In this document: piece by piece, positions 42,380 to 56,800 of the stretch | Numbering within the stretch: position 1 is the stretch's first letter | Layout of the letters: every line of letters begins with the position of its first letter | NCBI GenBank assembly: GCA_964016885.1 | Contig: OZ024746.1 | Location: 77,066,001 to 77,130,000, forward strand | Origin: Eledone cirrhosa | Taxonomy: Eukaryota | Reading direction: 5' to 3' | DNA: 64,000 nucleotides | The notes under the pieces: generated by a model | What the model was told of the DNA's origin: nothing | What the model saw: only the letters and a program-made list of their open reading frames with translations | Database searches by the model: none | Translations under genes and position numbers: made by a program

Positions 42380-43214
42380 CATATATACATACATACACGC
42401 TTATTTTGATCAATTTGGGACGAAACCTTTTCGATAACAATAACCAATTGATAACATTATATATATGCATATGTTCACGCACACGCACACACACACACAC
42501 GTCACACGCACATGCACGCACACACACACACGTCACACGCACGCGCACGCGCACACACACACACACACACACATACACACACACACAGTCTGTTAAAGAC
42601 TTGATGGTTCAATTCTCCAGACATCTTTCTTTATATGAACCAAAATGCATTAACCTGTAACTTCCTTCCACAATGTTCTTTGCTTCTAGCATTGTACTGC
42701 ATTGTTATATTTTCAACTATAAATACTATATAGAGATGTTTGTTCGTCAATAAACCCATTAACCTTATTTCCAACATCGGGAAAAAATAGATCTTTCGCT
42801 ATTACGATCTCACAGAATTCAATAAAAAAAAAATTAATAATGAAGTTACTCATATATATATGGAGCCATGGACCCGTAACTCATTGTGGAGTTGAAGAGA
42901 TACCGTAGTGATATACACCGTTTCTAGGGCATTTAATCTTTGCGGGATCCAACCCCCTCTCTCCAAGTCTGAACACAGTCGATTTCAACCACAGAAGATT
43001 TAGAAACTGATTGAGAGGAAGGGAGAAAGGATATAGAGAAAGAATGGACCCCAATACTAGAATGGTAGCTTTTTTAATCTTTATTAACCTTGTAAGTAGA
43101 TCTCGGAAGGATTTAGTCTCAGAGCACAGAAGGCAGAGAGCGAAGTTACTTAATAATATCAAGGTATATCTAGAAAGTATAAGTTATTTCTCTGATATAT
43201 ATATATATATATAA

Positions 43215-43515
43215 ACAATGAGTTATTTGGTTTGTTGATTATTCAACAAAGTTAATTTTACAACAGATTTTATCTGGAGTATCATTAATATCAATAATAT
43301 TAATAAATGGAAAATATTTTTATAAAACCATATTTATTTTATTATACGTATTTCAAGGGTACTAATATTTAAGAACGCTTTCGTCAGATAAAATATAATA
43401 ATTGGTGTTTAGATAGTGACATATCTTCATTAAGTATTAGTACCCTTGAAATACGTATAATAAAATAAATATGGTTTTATAAAGATATTTTCCATTTATT
43501 AATATTATTGATATT
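43215..43515 (-). mobile_element. Family B HHR element with inverted arm; hammerhead 43335-43395
   Basis: TATTTTAT-CTGACGA-AAG..CTT-GAAA-TACGTA-TA-ATAAAATA. Confidence 0.8.
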
Positions 43516-43589
43516 ACACACACACACATATATATATAAGAAAAGAAAAAAAAAGACATAGAAACATATATATATATATATATATATAA

Positions 43590-46500
43590 ACAATAAAAAT
43601 GAAAATTGAAACAATGAAAAATTCCCCAATAGGGGGGAAACCTCCGAGGGTTACTCGTGGCGAAAACCACACAAAAGACCACGGCCACCCTGACCACCAG
43701 GGCAAGCGCCCTCTCTCAATTTTTCCATTTCTCAAACTACAGACGTATATTCAGAGCGGTCCCGTTCACTCGGACCATTCTCGCTACATTCACCCACCTT
43801 TCAACAAACTTGCTAGAAGGCAGCACTTGCCTCTCCACCCTGATTTTCCTCTTTAAGTGAAACTTGAAAAAGTTAATTAGGGATTCGACGAAGAGGAAAG
43901 TGTCTGTCTTTAACCCTTTCAACCTTGTCCACCACACAATCTCTTTCGCCATGGCCACCAGGCAGATGAAAACCGCCTGCCCTTCCTCCTCAAAGGAAGA
44001 CGGCGAGACCATCTACACAATGAACTCAGTCGATAACCGGATCAGTCCTACACGCGACAGCAACTGTTCGACATAGCTCCACAAGTCAGCAATGCTCGGG
44101 CACTGAACGAGTGCGTGCACAACGGTTTCGTCGCTCTGCGCGCATCTCGGACAGGCTCGGCTGACGGCATTTCCGTGCCTGTAGAGCTTATCTCGAACCG
44201 GCAGCGCTCCCCGATCAGGCCAGGGATTTTTGGAAGTTATCCATAGGCCCTGGGCTGAAAGTTCTCTGGAAGAGAGCAAATAGCTGATCTTCTTCGACGC
44301 CCAGGATCTCTCCGAGAACGTCGTCGCTCTTCCCCTCTACTAGTCCTCTATAGAACGCCGAGGTGGATGTTCCACCGATACTGGTGCCCAGCTGGCAGAG
44401 GGCAGTGAGCGCCTGGAGATATTTCAGTTTCCAAGCGCTATCCCTCGGTCTTTTTCTGACCCAGGACTGCAGCTCCGTCAAGTAGACTAGCTGTGGGAAA
44501 ACGTGCCTGGCGAACGGCGACCACACCTGTTCAGCGTCAAGGAAGCACCAGAGATGTCGCAGCCTCAGCGCATGTTTGCGCATCATCAGCCATGGCATGC
44601 CCAGTCCTCCACTCAACGGGTGTTGACAGCAGATGGATCGTCCCTTCCACAAAAAGCAGAAGAGGAGGCGCTCCATTTTGGTGATAGTTGGGCCGGGGCA
44701 AAGGACGACGGATGAGGCGGTAGCAGATGACGGATGCGATGTACGTATTCGCCACCTCCGCCCGGCCTTTCAGGGACAGCTTCCTCTCGGCCCATTTCTG
44801 GGTGAGGGAGGCCACCTTGCTCGTCACCTCGTTCCAGTTTTTTATCCATCTGGAAGTCCGGTCTGAACCAGATCCCGAGCAATTTAACCGGTCCGTCCGT
44901 CCAACGCCCCACAACGCTGTCGGACGGCATGAACTTGTCTTTCCAGGTGCCGAGTTGCAAGCCCACGACTTTTCCTGGTTTATCTTTGCTCCTGTCACCG
45001 CTTCGTATTCCTTGAGAGCGGTGCCGAGCATCTGGACGTGTCTGGTGCTCGACACCACCACGGTGACGTCGTCGACGTAAGCAGACTCGGATTTCCCGCA
45101 TCCTAGTTCGCGTGGGACGCCCCTCATCGCCTCCAGTTTGTGCAGTAACGGCTCGAGAGCCAATACGTACAAGAGGGACGAGAGGGGACAACCCTGGCGG
45201 ACTGAGCGCATGATGCTGAACGGCTGCGACAGGTGACCGTTCACCCTCACAACTGAGCAGATGTCGCTGTACATCGCAGCGATCCAACCCCTGAAAACGG
45301 GCCCGAAACCGGCTGCCTCGAGGACCGCCGCCAGGTACCGATGGTCGACCCTATCGAATGCTTTGGATTGATCCAAGTTGATTAGGGCCCCACCCGTGCC
45401 AGGTCCCTTAACCACCCTCTCTATGATGTATCGCATGAGGTGGAGGTTGTCGTGTATGAATCTGTCCGGAATGGCGCATGTCTGCGCCTCTCCCACCAGA
45501 CCCTTGACGACAAGCGCCAACCTCGTTGCTAACACCTTGAACTCTGCGTTTAGCAGGGTTATGGGTCTGAAATTATCGATAACATCCCCCTTGTTCGGGT
45601 CTTTTCTCAGCAGCGCCACCGCTCCCCGGCTCACAAAACTGGGAATGCTCCCGTTCTGCTGCCAGTTGCAGTAGACGTCTGCCAAGAGGTCACCGAACAA
45701 GTCTGGCATGAATGGATAAAGCTCGTATGGCAGACCATCCAAACCTGGCGATTTACCCCTAGTGCAGTTAGCCATCGCTTCCCGTATTTCACCGGCTGTT
45801 ATTGCCTTTTCGCAACACTGTGCTGCGGTCGTCGAGAGCCGAGGCAGTCCGTCGAGGTATGCACTGAAGTCCATGCCCCGATCCGGGCCGCCGCTGCTCC
45901 CGAACAGTTCAGCAAAGTACTGCTGAAAAGCTTCACACATCTGCTCGGGTTCGAGCAACACGCACCCGTTTTGGTCAGACAAAGACCGAATTGTGGCTTT
46001 GTTGCCACGTCGCGCCTCTGCCGCCCGGGCCCATTGGACGGCTGTCGTCCCCTCGTGTTTCAGAGCATGCGCTCTAGCTCTGACAACGCAGCCTTCGTGT
46101 TTTGCGTTGAAGAATTGGTCGAGTTGCAATCTCGCCGCAAGCACGTCGGTTGCGATGCCTGTCCTAAACGCCTCTTCTAGCTTTCTGACTAGCTCTCCCT
46201 CTACTCTGTTTTCCTCTATCACTAGTCCTTTGCTAAACATAACCGACTCTACTTTAATTGCCCTTTCCAGGGCGAACCACCACCTGTTGTTGACGACCGC
46301 TCCCGTCAACGCCCGCTTAACTAATACGCTAATCCGGTCTATGTAGGCTTTGCGCGCCGGGAAAGACGCGTTCAGCTTCCAGTAACCAGGCCCCTGTCTA
46401 TGAAGTATGTCTATATCGATCTCACAGATCACAAATTTGTGGTCTGTGTAGTCGACTATTTTTAATTGTGGACAACTTATACTAGCCTTGTCTAATTCTC

Positions 46501-46745
46501 TGCAGAATACCCTATCGAGATACGATCTGGATGACACGATGCGGTTTGTCCATGTCCACATTGGCACATTCGGGTGATCCAGTCGATACCTGTCAGACAG
46601 TTCAAAACGTCTGAGCAGGTTGGTGAGGCTCTTGCACCCTCCTCCCCTGTCCACTAGCCCCACACAATCCCAGTGTGCATCCAAGATACAGTTCCAGTCG
46701 CCCACTAACACTAAAGAGCGGGACGTTCCAAGAAAGGTCTCGCAG
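43590..46745 (-). mobile_element. 5'-truncated Tx1/L1-like LINE (ORF2 pseudogene)
   Basis: GDWN, TDHK, GYWKLN, KSPGLDGL, DQSKAFDRV, VRQGCPLS, AYVDDV, CPRC..HALVQC; paralog of 3937-7353. Confidence 0.95.
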
Positions 46746-47146
46746 TGTCTCGACAACTAACAACTGATGCAGGTAGTTTGTTCCATGCTTCAGCAACTCT
46801 GAGCGTGAAAAAATGTTTCCGAAAGTCATGGGAACTGTACTGTTTTCTGACTTTGTGGGCATGCCCACATGTGTTAGACACATGGAAATCAAAAAGGTAC
46901 TCAGGGTTGTTGTTGGCAAGATGGTTAACAATTTTGTGGGTGTTTACCAAGTCAGTTGCCAGGCGTCGGAGCTTCAATGTATCCATGCCCAGGGAAGCAA
47001 GGCATTCAGAGTATGGTAGATGCCTGATGGAGGGTATTCGCTTGGTTGCACGTCTCTGAACAGTTTCCAAGCGGTCAATGTTCTGAGCAAGATAGGGGTT
47101 CCAGACTGGTGATGCAAATTCTAAGTGTGGCCGTACCATAGCCATG
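46746..47146 (-). mobile_element. CR1-clade LINE 3' fragment
   Basis: VRPHLEFASPVWNP..LETVQRRATK..RR...GH..K..FFTLRV..WNKLP. Confidence 0.9.
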
Positions 47147-47646
47147 TATATATATACAACTGACAAAGAAGGGAGAGTGAATATATATATATATATATAT
47201 ATGCACTTGGTATACTTTTTCGTTTTTCTTTTTTGTAATGTACCGAAATTGTAGTTTGACTGAGGGGATGGGACTGTCCCCTTTTCCGTTGTTTTCTTCT
47301 CTTTGTCCTGTACGCTCGCTCTCCCCACTGTTTTGAATTTATATATGTGTGTGTGTGTATGTGTAGATATACATATACATATACTCACACATAATATATA
47401 TTGCATGCGCACGTGTGTATGTGTGTGTGCATGTGTGTATATGTGTGTGTGTGTGTGTGGTTGTGTGTGGTTGTTCAAGTAAAAAAACCTGCTACATGAG
47501 CCATCAGGGGTGAGATAAATACCATCTGTTTGTAGAGACAATATAACAGTGACGAAAGCATGCATGCAATGTTCTGATACTTATGAACACAAAATGAAAC
47601 TTCCAAAATGACAACAGTGTGTGTGGATGGGTGGGTGTGTGGAGGT

Positions 47647-47762
<116 letters not shown>

Positions 47763-49251
47763 AAGAGAGAGAGAGAGCGGTGGACCTCCGTCGGTTCACA
47801 TCTGATTTAGGCCTATTACTAGCTTTGCATGGGTTTTGTCCTTAGTAAAGTTTTAGTTGTCCAATAAAGGTTTTTTTTTCTTTCTATGCCGCTATTGTGC
47901 TGCATAATACAATCCATATTTAGTGGTTTATGATACATTAATTTCTAGACACAGGGATCACCAGTTGTGGACTAAGAGGGTCAGATTGACTGGGCTGCTT
48001 CCAGGATCCACACAATATATGAAGGACCCACAATTAATGTTTTAACTACCATAAATAATACGGCAGGGACCCCAATGCAAATATAATCCGTCCCTGGATA
48101 TCGTTGTATACTTGATGTAGGTTTTGTTAATTCAATGTTATCACTTGTGTGGACTCACTATGGATGAATGGTTGAAGTTCGCTTTACAATCATTAGATCA
48201 TGAGTTCGATCATACTGTATGATATCTTGGGCAAGTGTTATTTACAGTAACCCCGGGTCAACCTATCCATTTAAAGTGAAATTAAGTAGACGGAAACTGT
48301 TTGAAAGCCCGTCGGATGGATTCTATCTGTAATTTGAAGAGCCAACCTTGTCAAACAATGTGACATACTGGATCTCCTTGAGGACTGCGCTAAAGAAACA
48401 ACTTACACGTTAATTTCATGAGCAGGCTTCTCCGGTGATTGAACAACTGCAACACTATAGCTGACGAAGGAGGCTCATTCATTCTATTCACTGAACACAA
48501 ACAGGTAGAGTTTATATATAGGTTAAATTGTGTTAGCTAAGATTAGATTGGTTTATTTATGAAAAGATACAAAACAAACGTTCTCGATGTCTTTTGGTAA
48601 AGGTTGTTTGTTTGTTTGTTTGTTGTATTTTTGGTTTTTTTTTGTTGTTTTGTGTTTAACAAATTCAATAAACTTTTATTACTATTACTATAGCAGTAGA
48701 TTGGCCGAATCGGTAGATCGTCGGACATGCTTAGAGGCATAGAGTTATAGCCCTTTACGTTCTGAGTTCAAATCCCACCGAGGTTAGCTTTACCTTTCAT
48801 CCTTACGGGGTCAATAAAATAAAGTACCAGTAGTACACTGTGGTAGATATAGTCGACTTTCCCCTCTCCCCAAATTGTTGGCCTTGTGCCTATAGTAGAA
48901 ATCATTTATATATTCATTTTATTAAACTGAAGTAAAAATATTCACTGCACACGAATATCAAAGTGTGTCTTCTTTTGTGTTTTACTCTGATACTTTGACA
49001 TGCGACTCGTGTCGCTATCTTTAATTTACGACCAAAATGTTTATGTTATTTAAAGGTGATAATATATATATATATATTGGAGGGGAGGGGGTATCATAAT
49101 CATTTGATTGTTTTAAATGAATAGTGTGATTTAATTGGGTAAAAGCATAAAAACCTCACCTCTAGTTATGATAATAACGGTGTCTCCTTTATTATATTGC
49201 ATAAGTCGAAACAGAAGATGGGTGCACAACGACACGAGACCCGGTGTCAAC

Positions 49252-49305
49252 ATGGCGGAAATAGTTGACACAGCTACTCCAGTAGAAGAAGCCTACTTCA
49301 GAAAA
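49252..49305 (+). CDS. Candidate first coding exon (MAEIVDTATPVEEAYFRK) of an unidentified gene
   Basis: AACATGGCGG (Kozak/YY1-like) in non-repetitive DNA, followed by GT donor candidates (49306, 49338, 49350); no homology recognised. Confidence 0.3.
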
Positions 49306-49784
49306 GTGTGTTTTATGTTTTGATTGATAATATTATTGTAAGGTTAACGGTAAGTTTTAACGTTGTTAGGCGGTTAGCTGAAATTTTGGTTTCTTGTGAA
49401 AATATGAAACAATGTCTGAATGTGAGGTAAAAATGAAAAGCGAAAGAGTTAGCAGATCAACATCCCACTGACTTTAACAATGAAGATCAGTGGTTATTTC
49501 AACACACAGTTGACCCTTGTTTGTATAGTTCTAAATCTAATTTAATTGTTTCTACTTTTGGCACAAGGCCAGCAATAACACAGTGTATTACTGGTACTTT
49601 ATTTTATCATAACTAGAAGTGAGGTTTTATTTAATGTAGTAAGATTACATTTCGTGTCAAATACTACATGCGGTTACGTGGTAGAGGATGATTAAAAGAT
49701 GTTTAAAGTGTTAAAAATAACCTTTATAAATGCTTCTCAGACTCATAGAATATTAATCACAAGGTTATGGCTACTTCACTGAAT

Positions 49785-50045
49785 TGGGAGATCGCAGCTC
49801 CGATACTATGGTTATGTGGTTAGAATGTCTCAGGAAAGAATCGTTGGACAGATTTTACGGACAAAACCAACCGGTAGGAGACCTAGGGGTAGACCCCCGA
49901 GCAAGATGGTTGGTTAACATCCATGAGCTTGGCTGGTCTCGCTTAGGGATCCAGCCGGATCAGTTGGAGACGGTTACTTCTTACAGGACCCGCTGGAAGA
50001 AGCGTTTGAGACTTCTGCCTCCACGATCCTCGCAAGAAGAAGAAG
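49785..50045 (+). mobile_element. RTE-like LINE 3' fragment
   Basis: LRYYGYVVRM..RRPRGRP/RARW..RTRW. Confidence 0.7.
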
Positions 50046-50564
50046 ATATATATACGACCCACTTAGGAATAAGTTGGCGAAGAAGGTTTTGGCACTTGTC
50101 TCAAAGATTTGTGCAGTTTTAAGATTTCCTTAAAATAAACTCCGATGAAGACTTTACGACAAAAAATGAAGTATTTACCGTCAGTACGTAAAGAAGTTTG
50201 GGGAAACCAGAATTGAAACCTTTAGAATTGTTAAATTTATTAACTGACTGCAAAACTTTGGTGAGATATTTCAAAGTGTTTGTGCTAATTTGAGAATATT
50301 ATTGACAATCCAAGCTACAGTAACCATCAGCAAAATAAAAATAAATAAATTAAAATTAAAATTAAAAAAATCTTTTCAGCGAACTCAAACATATCAAAAC
50401 TCTTTGAAGGCCTGGTATGTTTCAAAACAGATTTGTTTGATTTGGCAACATCGTTTCAGTTCCATTTTCTCATTTTTCTACAAATTCAAATATACACTCG
50501 TTTCATCTCGATCAGAGATAACAATGTTTATTCACACACGCACACGCACACACACGCGCACACA

Positions 50565-51622
50565 TCTACTATATAAATTGGAAGTGGTCGGACGTTGTAT
50601 ATTTAAGTAAGTAGGTGTAGTCGGATAAACGTCGAAATGGCTTGGTGGAATGCAGCGAAAATTTACACAGTTATGCAGAATGACCCGAAGAAGCGTTGGG
50701 TCGACGTTTAGGGTACAAGCTTCCATGGTTACGGAGAAAATCGATGAAACAGGAATTTCCCATTCAAATTGAACTGAGCGTAATCTGTGAACGCAGAAGT
50801 CAATATTTCGAGAAACGTTCCAACCGAACGAAAACAGGAAAACGATATTTTGGTTCGTGAAGACGTTCCCTGGCAATGAACGGGAAAAAAGGCGAGGATA
50901 ATACGTCGTTATGTGGAGCGTGAAGAACAATTTCATGCAAAGACAAGACCAAGTTTATGGTATACATGGAGTCGTTAGACTAATATTCTATTTAACATAA
51001 CAGAATGATTTCCAGCCCCGGAGTTTAAGAATGATGTAAATAAAATTGAAAACGAAAATGACAGAGGTTATTAAAATAGTAAAAGTAAATAGTGAAGATT
51101 TAGGCCAGTACATACGTATGCCCCGACGAACATACACATACATACGCACACACAAATACATACACACCCACACACACACACGCGCGCGCGCGCGCGCGTA
51201 TGTATAAACCTTATGCTACAGTATTTTCACCAAATTTAAGACATAGGTTACTTATGTACTCCGGATGGTCATGAGCACTTTCATTTTTCCAGATATTGAT
51301 TATAGGGCCTCCCGGCAGATAACCACTTTCTTGGAGTCGACTGAAGCACTGCAGCGCAATGCAACACAACGTCATAACTTCTGGAGTTCGCAACCGATTT
51401 TCACAAAACTTGACACATGGGCTACGTTTGTCCTACAGATGAATGTGAACTCTCAGAATTGGCACATATTGAGTAGGGGGACACCTGGGGGAAGGAACCC
51501 CCTTTTGGAAAAAGCCGATGATTTTGTAAAAGTATAGTTTTCGAAGCAGCACTGAAGTATTGACATAAATGCTATACACAAATGCTATTTAATACCCGAG
51601 CAACGCCGGGTACCTCTGCTAG
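50565..51622 (+). mobile_element. Non-autonomous Helitron
   Basis: A|TCTACTATATAAA 5' end; subterminal hairpin TACCCGAGCAACGCCGGGTA; CTAG|T 3' end; no TSD. Confidence 0.75.
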
Positions 51623-51629
51623 TATATAT

Positions 51630-51822
51630 ATATAAATGAGTTCTACAGGACTATAACTGTTTCATTCATATGAAATAATCAGGAATGATGATTTCATACG
51701 ACTGAAACAGTTCTAGTCCTGTAGAAGTCATTTCTATATATAATAAAGATGCCTACACTACCAACGTATTGAGTGCTTTAAAAAAAAACTGTAGTTACCT
51801 CCCGACACTACTCGGGGACTTA
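51630..51822 (+). mobile_element. HHR family C copy with inverted arm (diverged)
   Basis: GAAACAGTTCTAGTCCTGTAGAA with inverted copy; ACAC-TAC-CAAC-GTA-TT-GAGTGC. Confidence 0.75.
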
Positions 51823-52094
51823 CGTGTTTTTTTGTGGAGGGGGTCTTTTTTAATTTTTTCTGATTGCTTTCTTACTGAAAATTGTTAATCTTTTGATAAT
51901 TCAAGTAAATAAAACCTTAACTCATAAAAAAGAAATGGTGGATGTTTGTGTGTTGTTTGTGAACACTTATTGTTAAATATGTTGATAAATCAGTAATCAG
52001 TTTATCTTTACGCCTTACCAAGTATATAGCGTAATCTTAAGTTTCAACATCTTTGCACTCACATCAACGACTATTAATCAAATAAGCCTGAACG

Positions 52095-52170
<76 letters not shown>

Positions 52171-52192
52171 TATACACATATATATATATATA

Positions 52193-52248
<56 letters not shown>

Positions 52249-52689
52249 TATTCATATATATATTCCGCTGTTCATGTTCGGCTCACTTTATAAGCAAATC
52301 ATCGATGGTCGTCAGGCAGTGTTACCTGTGCCATCTGTTAAGCTAAAAACACTGTTTCATTTGTCGTCTGTTTATTAAATCATAGCAGCCGACGAGTTCT
52401 TAAGGATCACTCACCTTTTTCTTCTTATAAATATTATATTAATAGTAGTATTATTAATGCTGTGTGACATATATACAAGTATATACCATTACATATATAC
52501 CATATATACAAGTATATACAAGTATATATATATGTGTGTGTGTGTATGTATATATATATATATAGAGAGAGAGATATATAGACACACATACCCATGTCTG
52601 CGTGTATATATATATATATATATATAGATATAGATATATAGACACACATACCCATGTCTGCGTGTATATATATATATATATATATATAT

Positions 52690-53355
52690 GCAGAGGTTAT
52701 ATTTAATTTGTTGGGATTCAACAAGCTTAAAAATGTTTATAACTGATATAAAGCACTCAACAATTAGTGGAGTAAATACACAATATATTAATTGTTTCTA
52801 CTTTTGGCACAAGGCCAGCAATTACCCAGTGCATTACTGGTACTTTATTTCATCGACCCCATGAGGATGAAAGGCAAAGTTAACCTTGGCGGGCTTTGAA
52901 CTCAGAATGGCAAGGGACGTAACTCTATGCGTCAAAGCATGGCGTCCGACCCTCTACCGATACTGCCAATCCACCGCCCTCAAAATACACAATATATTAA
53001 TAAATGGAAACTATATTTATAAAACCATATTTATTTTATTATATATATTTCAAGGGCAACCAAGACAAATTATGGTGCGCTTTCATCAGATAAAATACAG
53101 ATTTGTTTTATAAATAAATATTGACATACCCGGAAAAAAAGACAACCTTAACGGTTGGAGCTTCCTTGACTATCCAGGAAGCTCCAACCGTTAAGGTTGT
53201 CTTTTTTTCCGGGTATGTCAATATTTATTTATAAAACAAATCTGTATTTTATCTGATGAAAGCGCACCATAATTTGCCTTGGTTGCCCTTGAAATATATA
53301 TAATAAAATAAATATGGTTTTATAAATATAGTTTCCATTTTTTAATATATTGTAT
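52690..53355. mobile_element. Family B element: ~350-bp near-perfect palindrome with two intact hammerheads; left tail interrupted by a SINE (52792-52982)
   Basis: HHR at 53032-53097 (-) and 53245-53310 (+) with 8-bp stem I; SINE TSD AAATACACAATATATTAA. Confidence 0.9.
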
Positions 53356-53396
53356 ATATATATATTGGACCGTTTGGCACAACCAATAGCACACCT

Positions 53397-53554
<158 letters not shown>

Positions 53555-53609
53555 GTTATGGAATACTGTTAGCTTCTCGCTACAACAATTTCTATACTTT
53601 TCATTTATA

Positions 53610-53651
<42 letters not shown>

Positions 53652-55743
53652 CAGACATCTTTTTTTGTGCGTGTGTACGTGTGTGTGTAAATGTACCGGT
53701 ATATATCCAGTTAACTTAAGAAGCATTTGGAAAAATTTGAAATGTTGACATCCCAACGCAAATGATTACAACAACAGTCAATCACTATAAATAATAGTTG
53801 AGAAAATCGGGTAATGTACCTCCTGGAGACGGAAAAAGTGAATACAGGCATCTCCAAGAGTACTTTACCCTATATTCGCACTGTTATTGATACTGATCAA
53901 CTATTATTGGCAGTATCGGTAGAGGGTCGGACGCCATGCTTTCCAGCATAGTTACGTCCCTTTACGATCTGAGTTCAAATCCCACCGAGGTTGACTTTGC
54001 CTTTCATCCTTACGGGGTCGATAAAATAAAGTACCAGTAATGCATTGGGTATTTGCTGGCCTTGTGCCTAAAGTAGAAACAATTATTATAGTTATTTGCG
54101 TTGGATTGGCAGTATCGGTAGAGGGTCGGACGCCATGCTTTGACGCATAGTTACGGCCCTTGCCATTCTGAGTTCAAATCCCGCCGAGCTTAACTTTGCC
54201 TTTCATCCTTACGGGGTCGATAAAATAAAGTAAATCCACTGGGTAATTGCTGGCCTTGTGCCAAAAGTAGAAACAGTTATTTGCGTTGGGACGACAGCCA
54301 GCCAGGGTGCGCAGTAGGCAGCCGGCCAGGGTGAGCACGCCTGAACAATTTAAGCATTACAACTTATACAAATTTGTATAATTAAATTAGATATATGATA
54401 ATCGTTGCCTCATCGCAGCGTTGTGAAAATATCCAAAGTATTGGAGAGGACCATATGGTGTTATGACCTGCCACATGATTTGGAGTGGGTGAGTGTGGAC
54501 TGTGTAGTGGAAAATGCAAGCTTAGTAATTTTTTAGTGTGGTCGAAGCAAGAAGTTTCAAAAATTTAGTCAACTCAGCAAACAATATATATTATTTATTT
54601 ATATAGAATATATATATTTACAGTAACAATAATAATAATTGTTTCTACTTTTGACACAAGGCCAGCAATTATCTCAGTGCATTACTGGTACTTTATTTTA
54701 AACTGCAACAATAGGAGAGAAAAAATGAAACAAAAGGAAAGAAAGAATATGGAACTATAGAGAAAAAAGGGAAAAAGAGAGAAGAAAGAGAAGGGGAGGG
54801 GTGGCAAGAGCTCTGGTGTCGCAGAAGAGAGGGGGAAGGGATCGGGCTTTGGACCTAGGACAAGAGGGCAGAAGTGCTGCGCCCTGCTGACAAAACGGCA
54901 AAAGTATTCCCGTGGACGATGGCCAGTGACACCCGCTGCAACAGCCACCCAACCTCGCGCGGCTCCCTCCTTAGGCGGGCCGCCGACGTTCCGATCTTTG
55001 TAAGTCGAAATTATTTTATTCGGAGAAATGGGACGCATAAGTGAGAGAAAGGTACACTTTGTTCGCCTAGTCTAAGGCGCTAAATACCCAGGCACTAACA
55101 CTACTTTACAACCATGCTGAGTCTCTGTGGAAAATAAGTGACTTTTTGACACGCAAGATTATGTCGTCGTTGCAAGTATCAATATTGCAATGTATCAAAG
55201 TGTCAAATTCCAAAAAGGGACCTCAAAACTGACGTATAAAATTCGACAATATAGAACTGGGAGAATTTACATATATTTTTATCGCTAACATTGTTAAACC
55301 GCTTTAACTACTGCTCTGGTACTATTTCATTGACGTGATTCAATAGCTTTTCTTATTTTTATCTGTAATGCAGTTTAGTATGTATTTGATTACTTTTCCA
55401 AGCTTTGCTCAAGATTTATTAATTTACATATGGCATTTCTTTAAAAGTTTCGCATTTCGGCAATTTTTTAAATTAATTAATTAATTAATTTTTTTTTTTT
55501 AAATCTAATTGTGATTTGAAGCTGCTGGTCACTTTTTACGTCAATGTGGGTATTTTACCCAATTTTCTAAAGCTGAGTTCACAGCTATTTTCCAGCGTTT
55601 GAGATTTATAAATTTCTAAACAAATATTACCATTAAATCTAATAATAGTGAAAAAATGTACAAAATTCTGACAGAAAATGTTACCAATCTAAAGAAGAAA
55701 AATCTTCTTTTATTTTTCTTTTATTTTTTTCGGATTATCGTCT

Positions 55744-55775
<32 letters not shown>

Positions 55776-55973
55776 AGTAAATAATGTAGCAGTTTTACAT
55801 ATTATTTTAGTTTCTTTCTTATTTCTGGAATCGGCCATGGCGATGAAGATTTAATTTATTGATTGTACGGACACAGGACTTTTAGTTTCCAAGGTGAACC
55901 ACCGTAGATTGTTGCTTGTTTGTGCTTGTCTTGAAATAACCAAACAGGGATAGGTTCAAAGATAAAATATAGC

Positions 55974-56022
<49 letters not shown>

Positions 56023-56208
56023 TATATAGATAGATAGATATAGATAGGTAAATATACACGGGTGTGTATGATTGTGTATAGAAGATTATATTAATAAGAG
56101 GAATTCCAACTTTGTCTGATTTACTCGTTTTATTTACAATCCTTTAAAATATATATAATGATATTATAATGAAATAGTATGATAGAATATTAAATTCTAA
56201 GTGTTAAT

Positions 56209-56247
56209 TGAACAAGTACTTTCATGCTTTCGTAATCTTCAGGTTCA
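56209..56247 (-). ncRNA. Minimal hammerhead (family H)
   Basis: TGAAC-CTGAAGA-TTACGAAAGCAT-GAAA-GTAC-TT-GTTCA; palindromic AGTACT. Confidence 0.65.
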
Positions 56248-56289
56248 TGATATGTGGTGACAGTCGAGTTTGCAATTTTCAACTGTGTA

Positions 56290-56364
<75 letters not shown>

Positions 56365-56537
56365 GCTATATTTTATCTTCTTGACTTGTTTTGAATTAGG
56401 ATTGAATTATTTTCCCATATCTTACGTTAAATATTTTTCATCTTGATGTTATAGTCACTTATATGTCTGAATTACTGTCAGCTTCTTGCTTACATTAATT
56501 TCTCTATTTTCATTTATATATATATACACACACACAC

Positions 56538-56605
<68 letters not shown>

Positions 56606-56609
<4 letters not shown>

Positions 56610-56800
56610 AATATAGATGAGATTCTACAGGACTAGAACTGTTTCATTCTTTAGAAATCATCAGGATTCCTGATGATTTCTAAAGAATGAAACAGTTCTA
56701 GTCCTGTAGAATCTCATCTATATTAAAACTTTTATACTCTGCTATGTATTGAGTACCTTACTTACTGTGGTTACCTCCGATTCAACCCGGAATAACGTAT
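56606..56800 (+). mobile_element. HHR family C: near-perfect palindrome 56606-56728; complete hammerhead 56665-56713
   Basis: GATTC-CTGATGA-TTTC TAAA GAAT-GAAA-CAG TTCTAGTC CTG-TA-GAATC; hairpin 56736-56756. Confidence 0.85.

Noticed and set aside
42860-42930. AACTC-CACAAT-GAGTT hairpin near (TA)n on the minus strand
   Set aside because: Lacks the inner stem plus UY bulge and has no clear hammerhead; not counted as a motif instance
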